A stretch of 64,000 nucleotides of DNA, taken from positions 7,554 to 71,553 of the forward strand of contig CAZIKU010000001.1 in NCBI GenBank assembly GCA_964539815.1, in the 5' to 3' direction. Of the stretch, positions 19,813-27,930 are shown piece by piece. Position 1 is the first letter of the stretch, and each line of letters begins with the position of its first letter. The translations under genes and the position numbers were made by a program. The stretch is from an uncultured Klebsiella sp. (lineage in GTDB: Bacteria > Chloroflexota > Chloroflexia > Chloroflexales > Roseiflexaceae). Below the pieces are notes generated by a model. The model had not been told where the DNA came from. It made no database searches and worked only from the letters and a program-made list of their open reading frames with translations.

Positions 19813-21558
19813 TTATTCTACGGGGAGTTCATTGCGCTGTGCGAGTTCTCGCATAAATAGTTCCGCATAAATCCCTGTGCGTTCCATCAGTGCCTGGTGA
19901 TTCCCGTATTCTACGAGTGCGCCGTTATCAAGCACCATAATAGCATCGAGATGGCGTACAGATGATATTTTTTGGCTAACCATAATCGTTGTTTTGCCGG
20001 CGCGATAATTGCGGACACCGACCACGATGTCATACGCTGTCCGAGCATCGATATTCGAGAGTGCATCATCAAATAGCATTACCGGTGCATCGGTAATCAG
20101 TGCACGAGCAATGCCCAGGCGTTGTTTCTGTCCGCCCGAAAGCATAGTGCCGCGTTCGCCGATTAATGTGTCGAGTCCATTGGAGAGTTGGGCGATGTCG
20201 CGATCTAGGCACGAAACGCGCAAGGCGTCGGCGAGTTGTGCGTCACTTGCATCTGGTGTGCCTAGTTTGATGTTTTCTTTGAGCGTCATACTGAACAACA
20301 CGTGTTCTTGGGGAACGTACGCCATACCACTACGCAATGTTGCCAAATCAATCGACTTGGCATCGATGCCATCGAATGCCAGCAGGCCACTATCGGGATC
20401 ACGGAGGCGGAGCAGGATGCTCAACAAGCTACTCTTCCCTGCACCGGTCAGACCGACTACACCGATATGCTGCCCTTTGTCGATAGTCACACACACATCG
20501 TCCAATAATGCTTGTTGCCCATAGCGCCATGTCACGTGTTGTAATTCGATATGCCCAGCAGGGATGTGTTTCTGCGCATTTGGCTGATTGCGCACTTGTG
20601 GGACACGCTGAATCACTTCGCCAATACGTGCTGCTGCGGCACTCCCCTGTTGTAATCGCTCAAACGCATTGCTGAGTTGATTTGCCGCATTACTCAGCAA
20701 TCCCAAATAGACAATAAATTGCACATATTGGCCAATACTGAGTTGGTTGTTGATAATCAGGATGGCGCCATATGCAACTACGATGGTTGCTGCAAGACGT
20801 ACAACAAGTTGAGGAAGTGGTGAAATAGCACTTGAGTAGACTACAAATCGGATTGATTCGTCGGCGTAGTCGTTACTCAACTTGCGAAATGCATTGCTAC
20901 TGGGTTGTTCTTGTGTGTAAGCCGCCACCGTGCGTTGCGCCGTGATGTGTTCTTGAGCAAATGTCGAAATCGCCGCAAGGCGTTGTTGTACCACATTAAA
21001 GGCATCTTCAACGAAGACGGCTAATCGTGTTTGTGCTATCAGACTGAGTATCAACATCACGACGGTAACCACCGCAAGCGGTACACTCGTCATCGCCATG
21101 AGTCCACATCCGATGAACAACAAAAAAATCGCATGTATGGCCATCTGGAAGCCAGCGCTATAAAATCGCCAAATGTAAATAAAGTCACTCGATGCACGTG
21201 AAAGTAAATCACCTGAACCGAATTCTGCCTGAGTCGCTCGGTCAAATGTGAGAATATGCTTGTATAAATCTTGGGCCATGGTGTAACTGACACCTGCTGC
21301 CATCGTACCAGTCAACATGCGGAGCAGATAGCGGAATACTGCCAGAATGATGGTGAGTACAATAATCAAAAGCGCATATTTGATGAGCTCCCATTGATCT
21401 ATCTTCTTGAGGAGGGCATCAATTGCATAACCAAGTACAACCGGATTAAATGCACTCGCAGCAGCGCCGACGAAGGCATAAAACGTGCCAAGGATGAGCA
21501 GTCCACGATATGGTCGTCCGTATGGGAGCAACGTTCGCAATCCAGATGGTTGTTCCAT
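19813..21558 (-). CDS. ABC exporter, fused permease and ATPase (MsbA/type IV exporter-like half-transporter)
   Basis: N-terminal 6-TM domain. Walker A GLTGAGKSS, signature LSGGQKQRLGIARAL, Walker B VMLFDDALS. I chose the start at MEQPSG (21558), 2 nt after the upstream stop, instead of 21714. Confidence 0.9.
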   Translation of the reverse strand: MEQPSGLRTLLPYGRPYRGLLILGTFYAFVGAAASAFNPVVLGYAIDALLKKIDQWELIKYALLIIVLTIILAVFRYLLRMLTGTMAAGVSYTMAQDLYKHILTFDRATQAEFGSGDLLSRASSDFIYIWRFYSAGFQMAIHAIFLLFIGCGLMAMTSVPLAVVTVVMLILSLIAQTRLAVFVEDAFNVVQQRLAAISTFAQEHITAQRTVAAYTQEQPSSNAFRKLSNDYADESIRFVVYSSAISPLPQLVVRLAATIVVAYGAILIINNQLSIGQYVQFIVYLGLLSNAANQLSNAFERLQQGSAAAARIGEVIQRVPQVRNQPNAQKHIPAGHIELQHVTWRYGQQALLDDVCVTIDKGQHIGVVGLTGAGKSSLLSILLRLRDPDSGLLAFDGIDAKSIDLATLRSGMAYVPQEHVLFSMTLKENIKLGTPDASDAQLADALRVSCLDRDIAQLSNGLDTLIGERGTMLSGGQKQRLGIARALITDAPVMLFDDALSNIDARTAYDIVVGVRNYRAGKTTIMVSQKISSVRHLDAIMVLDNGALVEYGNHQALMERTGIYAELFMRELAQRNELPVE

Positions 21559-21560
21559 AC

Positions 21561-22316
21561 TTATGCTCGTGATGCCTGGGAAGGGAGAATGATGCGGGCC
21601 GTCATATACAAACTCACTACCACGTAGTACACAACATATGACAACGAAACAACCAACAACCATGGGCTGGGGGTGGGCATTTGCCACAACGCGATTCCAT
21701 AGATGATGGTGCACGCAGTAGTGTATATCAGCGTCACGCGTCTGAGGAATAACGTACGTGATGGATAGACATAACGAATAGGAATGAAAACTAACACAGA
21801 ACAGATGATGATGATAAGGGAAACAAGATCAGGGCTGAGATTCATCACTACTGCGTAGAATGCGATGACATTCCAGTAACTGGGAAACCCAAGGAAAAAG
21901 TGGTCTTCGGCGACGACGTGATAATCGTCTGTTTTGGCGTCGACGCGGCAGAACTGATACGCTGAGGCAATGAGGGGGAGCATGGCGAGAAACTGGCCGT
22001 ACATGCCCTCGGGTAAAAATCCGTTTTGCCATAACAACACAACGGGCGCAAACACATAGGTCAAATAATCGACAATGTCGTCGAGTCGACGTCCATCAAA
22101 CCAAGGGACGGTTTCACTCACTTTGAAGCGACGTGCGAGTGTGCCGTCAGTACTATCGATAAATACCGCAGCAAACCCATACCACAGCGCCATCACCGGA
22201 TTACCGCGCACCGATTCCATTATCATCAGCATGGCCAAGATTGCTCCGGCAGCTGTATAGATATGTACAAACACCCCAGCGATTGCCTGGAATGGTGAAT
22301 GCGTGGCTTGCCGCAT
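21561..22316 (-). CDS. CDP-alcohol phosphatidyltransferase, phosphatidylcholine-synthase-like subclass
   Basis: DSTDGTLARRFKVSETVPWFDGRRLDDIVD matches DG-x2-AR-x12-G-x3-D-x3-D. The x12 spacing is the one described for Pcs-type enzymes, whereas most family members have x8. About 8 TM segments. GGGAG Shine-Dalgarno. Confidence 0.7.
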   Translation of the reverse strand: MRQATHSPFQAIAGVFVHIYTAAGAILAMLMIMESVRGNPVMALWYGFAAVFIDSTDGTLARRFKVSETVPWFDGRRLDDIVDYLTYVFAPVVLLWQNGFLPEGMYGQFLAMLPLIASAYQFCRVDAKTDDYHVVAEDHFFLGFPSYWNVIAFYAVVMNLSPDLVSLIIIICSVLVFIPIRYVYPSRTLFLRRVTLIYTTACTIIYGIALWQMPTPSPWLLVVSLSYVVYYVVVSLYMTARIILPSQASRA

Positions 22317-22346
22317 GAGATGCTCCCTTTTGTATGAATTGCTACT

Positions 22347-23771
22347 CTACGATACTATACCACTTTCATTGCGGTAGAGTGTTTGTGCAATAGCAGCACG
22401 ATGTGACCACCCATACCAGCCTACCCACAATGCATGACAGAGTGATTCATATAGCACAGAGTCAATGTGAAGTGATGCTGGTGCTGGGAATGTTGCAATC
22501 ACCGTACTGCATGTGATGATCCACAAAAACGGTGGGTAGACCATCCAATGAACAAATGGCACAACAGTTGGACAAATCCACACCAGCACAAGTACCAAAC
22601 TACCGATGAGCATGGCATATGGGACAACTGGCGCCGTAATGATGTTTGCCAACAAACTCCACGGCGATGGTGTGGTCAATCGGAACAGCATAATCGGCCA
22701 CGTGGTGATATGTGCGGCAAGCGTCGCAGCAACACTTTCGCGCGCCCATGCCAAACTGTGATGTCCGAATGGCGACTTTTCGAGTGCGTTATCCACCGTA
22801 TTCCCAAACAAAATCAAACCGAGGGTGGCGAGTGTGCTCAGTTGAAAACCGATATCCCAGAGTGTACTCGTATCGTAAGCGCTCATCACGAGTGTGGCAA
22901 CAGCAAGAAGATTCATCCCATGCCGTGGTCGATTTATGGCTTTGCCGAGCACTGCAACGCATCCCATAATGCCGGCACGGACAACAGCTGCAGACGCACC
23001 TGTCGCAAACACATACAGGATGATGCATCCTATGACGGAGATTGTCCTCATAGATAGCGAGATGGGTAGGCGCATTGCAAGTGTCACACATAGCCACGCG
23101 ACTATCGAAATATTCCAGCCGCTGATGACAAGCAAGTGTGTGGTACCACTGCGTTGAAACGCCTGTGCCAGCCCTGGTGTGACATCACCAGATACCCCTA
23201 TCAACATGCCGGCCATGATAGTTGCGGTTGGTTCACGAATCCAATGTTGAATTCGCGTTGTGGTTTGCATCCGCCAGGCTTCGAGATGACTGCGCCACGT
23301 TGTGCGCGTGATTACATGCAAAACTTGAATGTTTTCGCTGCGAAACGTTATCTTTTGACGGTGTAGTTGCTGTAGATATGCGACGTGTTTCGACGTGATT
23401 GGTTGTAGCGTCCCTGCGATATACAAGCAATCATCCGTGCGATATTGTGGGAACACCGGCACGCGCAGTTGAATACCCGTATGAACAGCGTTGAATGCAA
23501 CGAGCTGTTGTCCATCCCAGTTGTGTTGATGCTGTGTTACACAAAACCAGTCTGGGAGATGTACTTTTGCAGGTTGCTGATTTTGATCTAGTAACATGCG
23601 CCCGCCCCCTGCAGCGCATGCCAGCGCTAACACGATAAATGAGCGTTGGCGCATCACACAACCGTAGGCAATCAAGCTCACACATAGAATTACTAGCAGG
23701 GCAGGACAGTGTGCATCGATACACACCATCCCAACTACCCACATGCAGACGACCAGTGATAATATCGGCAT
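22347..23771 (-). CDS. comEC: ComEC/Rec2-family membrane protein lacking the C-terminal metallo-beta-lactamase domain
   Basis: TTHLLVISGWNISIV resembles the HLLAISGLH competence-domain motif. Polytopic. I chose the start at MPILSL (23771), with GGAGG 8 nt upstream. Confidence 0.7.
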   Translation of the reverse strand: MPILSLVVCMWVVGMVCIDAHCPALLVILCVSLIAYGCVMRQRSFIVLALACAAGGGRMLLDQNQQPAKVHLPDWFCVTQHQHNWDGQQLVAFNAVHTGIQLRVPVFPQYRTDDCLYIAGTLQPITSKHVAYLQQLHRQKITFRSENIQVLHVITRTTWRSHLEAWRMQTTTRIQHWIREPTATIMAGMLIGVSGDVTPGLAQAFQRSGTTHLLVISGWNISIVAWLCVTLAMRLPISLSMRTISVIGCIILYVFATGASAAVVRAGIMGCVAVLGKAINRPRHGMNLLAVATLVMSAYDTSTLWDIGFQLSTLATLGLILFGNTVDNALEKSPFGHHSLAWARESVAATLAAHITTWPIMLFRLTTPSPWSLLANIITAPVVPYAMLIGSLVLVLVWICPTVVPFVHWMVYPPFLWIITCSTVIATFPAPASLHIDSVLYESLCHALWVGWYGWSHRAAIAQTLYRNESGIVS

Positions 23772-23832
23772 ACGACATTCCTCCATGTATTTCTACATGG
23801 ATACCGTTGTTGCATCTGTCAGAGGTCCGCAT

Positions 23833-24171
23833 TTATTCTGTTTCGGTGTAGTGTTGGATCTTGTGTGTGATTGCCTGGATTGTGGCATGCACCGATTCGT
23901 GACGTGTTACTGCGGGAGTGTGTGAAGTATGGTCGCATACGTGCCAGTGAGTGGGTGTAGTCTCAGAAGCCGCCACCGTAAAACAGAGTGTGGGCACGGG
24001 CATCGGTGCATTCCCGATTCCGAGTGCACCCAGTGTGACTTCGCTTGTGAGGATTGGTCGACGGAACACCTCGATGACGTCGTTGTTGATGGTCACCCGC
24101 CAGCGCTGTGCGTCTGCCCGTTTACGGCAGAGCGCGTCGATGTGCATGTAGAGTTGGTGATTCGTATTCAT
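23833..24171 (-). CDS. hypothetical small protein with a His-rich C-terminal tail
   Basis: 112 aa. ATGA overlap with the upstream cupin gene. The last 40 aa or so contain 8 His and 1 Cys (THWHVCDHTSHT...HESVH...HKIQH). Confidence 0.5.
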   Translation of the reverse strand: MNTNHQLYMHIDALCRKRADAQRWRVTINNDVIEVFRRPILTSEVTLGALGIGNAPMPVPTLCFTVAASETTPTHWHVCDHTSHTPAVTRHESVHATIQAITHKIQHYTETE

Positions 24172-24491
24172 CGTGGTTGTGGTGCCATGGTAATCAACAT
24201 GATGAGTGGTTGATCACCGATATTTTCGACTGCGTGCACCGTATCGGCTGGTGCCCAGATTACATCGCCAGGTAGGGCATCGAATGTGTCTTCGCCAATG
24301 CGGAAGTGTGCATTGCCCTGTTGAATGTAATACATTTTGTCATGACCGGCGTGCATATGTGGCGCTTGGGATTGGCCGATTGCGAGGCAATCGATGCCGA
24401 CAAGCATATGCGCACTTTCAAACAACGTTCCTTTGTAGAAACGTTCCTGTGAAAAGCGGATATGTTGTGAGAGTGTGGTTTTGAATTGCAT
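24168..24491 (-). CDS. cupin domain protein
   Basis: PHMHAGHDKMYYIQQG...GDVIWAPADTVHAVEN matches the two cupin motifs. The ORF-track N-terminus (to 24563) runs into tRNA-Ala, so I take the start as MQFKTT at 24491. Confidence 0.75.
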   Translation of the reverse strand: MQFKTTLSQHIRFSQERFYKGTLFESAHMLVGIDCLAIGQSQAPHMHAGHDKMYYIQQGNAHFRIGEDTFDALPGDVIWAPADTVHAVENIGDQPLIMLITMAPQPR

Positions 24492-24502
24492 GATAAGTGG
24501 GG

Positions 24503-24578
24503 TGGTGGAGCAATGGGGATTCGAACCCCAGACCTCCTGCGTGCAAAGCAGGCGCTCTCCCAACTGAGCTATTGCCCC
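24503..24578 (-). tRNA. tRNA-Ala (anticodon UGC)
   Basis: Hand-folded. Acceptor GGGGCAA/TTGCTCC with the diagnostic G3:U70 pair, anticodon loop TTTGCAC, T-arm TGGGG-TTCGAAT-CCCCA, CCA encoded. Confidence 0.95.
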
Positions 24579-24594
24579 AAAAAAACGACGATTG

Positions 24595-24671
<77 letters not shown>

Positions 24672-24690
24672 GAACATCACAACGCACGGT

Positions 24691-24719
24691 AGTATAGCAT
24701 GGTGAGATATGAGTGTCAA
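24691..24719 (-). promoter_or_regulatory. near-consensus sigma70-type promoter driving tRNA-Ile and tRNA-Ala
   Basis: On the minus strand: TTGACA (24719-24714), a 17-nt spacer, then TATACT (24696-24691). The -10 element ends 19 nt upstream of the tRNA-Ile 5' end. Confidence 0.7.
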
Positions 24720-24827
24720 ATGTGATTTCACGATTTTGAGTGATATATCATCTAAATTTCGGTAAATGATAATGCTAACCGATATGAAATTAGGCTATCC
24801 TTACATAGGATGTGCTATGAAGCACAA

Positions 24828-24836
24828 TGGTATAAT
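24828..24836 (+). promoter_or_regulatory. putative extended -10 promoter (TGgTATAAT) for the M14/deacetylase/ABC operon
   Basis: TGGTATAAT lies 35 nt upstream of the ATG at 24872. The -35 element is weak. The site sits in an A+T-rich divergent intergenic region. Confidence 0.45.
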
Positions 24837-24871
24837 TTGTACATGTCGATTGACACATGTAAGGTTTGTAC

Positions 24872-26182
24872 ATGAAGTTTTTTATTCTCGGGTGTGTACT
24901 TCTCCTCTGTATATATATTGGATTCACTCCAGCGATTGTGACTCATGCGTCTCAGACTTCACGAATTACCATTGGCAAGAGTGTGATGGGTAATGCCATT
25001 GAAGCCGTACGCTTTGGTAACGGGTCGCGTAAATTTGTGGTCGTTGGCGATACGCATGGTGGTCCTGAACGAAATACATACGTCCTCAGCAATCAGCTCA
25101 TTGATTGGTTTACCAATCATCCCGAAGATGTCCCTGCGGATGTGCGTTTGTATATCATTCCGACGCTTAATCCAGATGGCGAAAAGCTTGATACACGCCA
25201 AAACGCCAATGGCGTGGACCTTAATCGTAATATGAATACGAATCTGGATGCCTGTAGTGAAAATGATTGGTCACAGCGTGCATTTGGCGCATACGGGGTT
25301 GTTGCAGATATCGGTGGACCGTATGCAGATTCAGAAGTTGAAAGTCGCACAATACGTGGTTTTTTGCTCGATGCCGCGTCTGTCGTATTTCTGCATTCTG
25401 CGGCGGGCTTGATATTCCCCGCTTATTGTGAAGACGCTGTGTCCATTGCCATGGCACAAGCCTACGCCAAGGCGGGTGACTACTCATACGAGCGATATTG
25501 GACGAATTATCAGATTACGGGTGGGATGCACGACTGGGCACGAGGCATCGACTTGCCTGCAATTGTCCCCGAGCTCGAAAGTGGTGACGAACCAGAATTT
25601 GATCGCAATTTAGCGGGTATCAAAGCGTTATTGGCTGCACCGGATACATACATGCCGGTCCTCACCTCGAAAACTGTTGCGGAGTTTGTGATGCCGTTGC
25701 CAATCTGGCGATTCTGGCAGGCCCACGGTGCCGCACAGCTTGGTGTTCCGCTTGCTGCATCCCGTGAAGAAAACGGCATCACTTACCAGGATTTTGCCAC
25801 AATTCGCCTGGCCTATGATCCCAAGCGTGATGATGATGCGGTGTATGCACTGCCGATCGAAATGCCACCTCTCGATGGTGACAAAGTTGATGTCATCGAT
25901 GAAGAATCGGTCGTGGCATTTGCCAATACCGATGCCATCGTGCACGATGCATTTGCCACGTATTATCAGCGTGTTGAAGGCGAATTATTACTGGGCACCC
26001 CAACAGATAACGAACGCGCAGTTACATTTCTTTCGCAACCGACGGAGTCACAGCAACAATTCGCGTATGGTGCTATTCGCTACGATGAAGCGTCGAATAC
26101 CATACAACGACTGCCTGTGGTTTGGCAAAACGTGGTGGTGCAGCAACTCACTGCACCGACACAACCATTTCAGATACGATGA
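24872..26182 (+). CDS. M14-family zinc carboxypeptidase-like protein with N-terminal signal/anchor and two C-terminal repeat modules
   Basis: GDTHGGPERNT, IIPTLNPDGE and NANGVDLNRN are M14 signatures. The C-terminus has two copies of an FW..(H)G...LG.P...E....Q.F module. I prefer the ATG at 24872 (AAGG 8 nt upstream) over the TTG at 24866. Confidence 0.75.
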   Translation: MKFFILGCVLLLCIYIGFTPAIVTHASQTSRITIGKSVMGNAIEAVRFGNGSRKFVVVGDTHGGPERNTYVLSNQLIDWFTNHPEDVPADVRLYIIPTLNPDGEKLDTRQNANGVDLNRNMNTNLDACSENDWSQRAFGAYGVVADIGGPYADSEVESRTIRGFLLDAASVVFLHSAAGLIFPAYCEDAVSIAMAQAYAKAGDYSYERYWTNYQITGGMHDWARGIDLPAIVPELESGDEPEFDRNLAGIKALLAAPDTYMPVLTSKTVAEFVMPLPIWRFWQAHGAAQLGVPLAASREENGITYQDFATIRLAYDPKRDDDAVYALPIEMPPLDGDKVDVIDEESVVAFANTDAIVHDAFATYYQRVEGELLLGTPTDNERAVTFLSQPTESQQQFAYGAIRYDEASNTIQRLPVVWQNVVVQQLTAPTQPFQIR

Positions 26183-27930
26183 ACAACAAACTCCTCTGGC
26201 TGAACATTTTAGTCGCGTGTGTAGGCATCAGTTGCTTCTGGCTGATCAGCCGTGAGCAACGTTGCCAAAATAGCTGGCAAGCAGTCGTACGCACCGATCA
26301 AGCCCTTGACCAAATGGACAATACCTTTCCTGATGGATGGGTAGCAGGTGCACCTGGTGTACGCCGTGGCGAGTTTAGTGTGGCAGGTGGAACTTCGATT
26401 CACATGCTTGGAATTGGTTCGTGGTTGGGTGTTGTTGATATGCCAGTTGTGGCGGCCAAACCATACTGTATTGCGTTGCGTGCTCTCGCAGACAGCTCAT
26501 CTTCGACAGCCATTCGCACCCGCTGGATTTGGCGAAATGCCGATGGTGTTGTGCGTGAACGAGTTGCTGTATGGCAAGCGGTACGCCGCTGGAACGGTGA
26601 GCAAGATACGCAACCGTGGTCGTATTACACGCAAACCGATGTTGCCCCGCCCGGTGCGACAATGTTGGATATCCATATCGAACCCGCATCGGATGACCGG
26701 TTGTATTTGGACCAGGTGGTGGTGCGCCAATCGATACTTGGGACAGCACTCCCTGAACACCGGGATGTTGGTGTTCGGGCGCACCCGTGGCCTGCAGGTT
26801 ACACTGCAGCGGTATCCTTTTCATATGACTGGGAAACAGCCATGGGGGGACTCATCCACTCACGTTCCATTGATCCGTTGGCAAATATCGACCCAGAGTT
26901 GCGTGGGATGCGCATGCGAGATGGACTCACCAACACGTTGCGATTGTTCGCACCGTACAACTTCCAAGCCACATATTTTGTGAACGGCTACAACTTTTTG
27001 AGTGGAAACACTGCACGTGCTCAATACATGGGGAATCCGACATTTTCGTGGGCAAGTGCCGCCAATGGGTGGCTCGGTGATACATGGGTGCACGTACCAT
27101 GGTTTAGTCGTGACCCATACGGTGATGTGCGCACCAATCCAGCGTGGTATTTCGGCGATCTAATTAATCCAGTGCGCAATGCACATCATGACATCCAAAG
27201 TCATACGTTTAGTCACTTTTATGGTGGACTTGCAACCCCAGCAGAATGGCAACGCGACATTGAAGCGTGGAATGCAATGGCTGCAACGCGTGGAGTCGCC
27301 CCGGCTACTGCTCTGGCTTTTCCATGGAGTAGTAGTGCCGGGATGCGCTACGAAACATGGGAACTTCTCGCAAAAGCAGGATATACTACCATTACACGCA
27401 CGGCGTGGAATCCTCGATTGCCACAATATCACATTGTTTCTGCTGACGAGGCATTGTGTAAGCCTCTCCCCGGTCATGAGCAACTCATGGTATGTCCTGA
27501 CTACTATCTCACTGTGGGGAGTCGGGATGGTGCACTGGCGTTGTTGCATCGGATTCGCGGTACGGATGGCATGATAGACTTCTGGGCGCATACTGAGGAA
27601 GTCGTAACGCCAGAACAAATCGCGGCTTGGCAATCGGTGGTGGATGCTGTTGCCCAAGCCAAGGACGTTTGGGTTGCTCCAATGCGAGAAATCACTGCCC
27701 GTCAACGAGCCGTCGCATCGTTGCAATGGCATGTGGTTGCGGAGAATTCTCAGATACGGACGTTAGTTGTCTCGAATCCGTCAGCGCTGCACATCAACGA
27801 TGTCGTGTTGACTGTGGACCGGCCGGGATTTGTTTTTGCTGATACGCGCACGCCATCACGTGTAATATCACTGTTGCCACATGCGCGAGCTACATTGAGG
27901 ATAGTGATTGATGACGCTTCGTTACCGTAA
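26179..27930 (+). CDS. membrane-anchored polysaccharide deacetylase-like (CE4/NodB-homology) protein with an N-terminal beta-sandwich-like domain
   Basis: TM segment LLWLNILVACVGISCFWLI. HTFSH matches the H-(S/T)-x-x-H metal motif, and SFSYDWE sits at the position of the TFDD/TFDVD motif. ATGA overlap with the upstream gene. Confidence 0.55.
   Translation: MNNKLLWLNILVACVGISCFWLISREQRCQNSWQAVVRTDQALDQMDNTFPDGWVAGAPGVRRGEFSVAGGTSIHMLGIGSWLGVVDMPVVAAKPYCIALRALADSSSSTAIRTRWIWRNADGVVRERVAVWQAVRRWNGEQDTQPWSYYTQTDVAPPGATMLDIHIEPASDDRLYLDQVVVRQSILGTALPEHRDVGVRAHPWPAGYTAAVSFSYDWETAMGGLIHSRSIDPLANIDPELRGMRMRDGLTNTLRLFAPYNFQATYFVNGYNFLSGNTARAQYMGNPTFSWASAANGWLGDTWVHVPWFSRDPYGDVRTNPAWYFGDLINPVRNAHHDIQSHTFSHFYGGLATPAEWQRDIEAWNAMAATRGVAPATALAFPWSSSAGMRYETWELLAKAGYTTITRTAWNPRLPQYHIVSADEALCKPLPGHEQLMVCPDYYLTVGSRDGALALLHRIRGTDGMIDFWAHTEEVVTPEQIAAWQSVVDAVAQAKDVWVAPMREITARQRAVASLQWHVVAENSQIRTLVVSNPSALHINDVVLTVDRPGFVFADTRTPSRVISLLPHARATLRIVIDDASLP

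Noticed and set aside
19813-21714. Long N-terminal extensions suggested by the ORF track for several genes (21714, 12091, 8354, 40108, 50191, 52395, 26122, 24563)
   Set aside because: Internal ATGs sit 1-10 nt after the upstream stop or behind good Shine-Dalgarno motifs. They also give N-termini matching the family norm. The extensions would overlap upstream genes or tRNAs.
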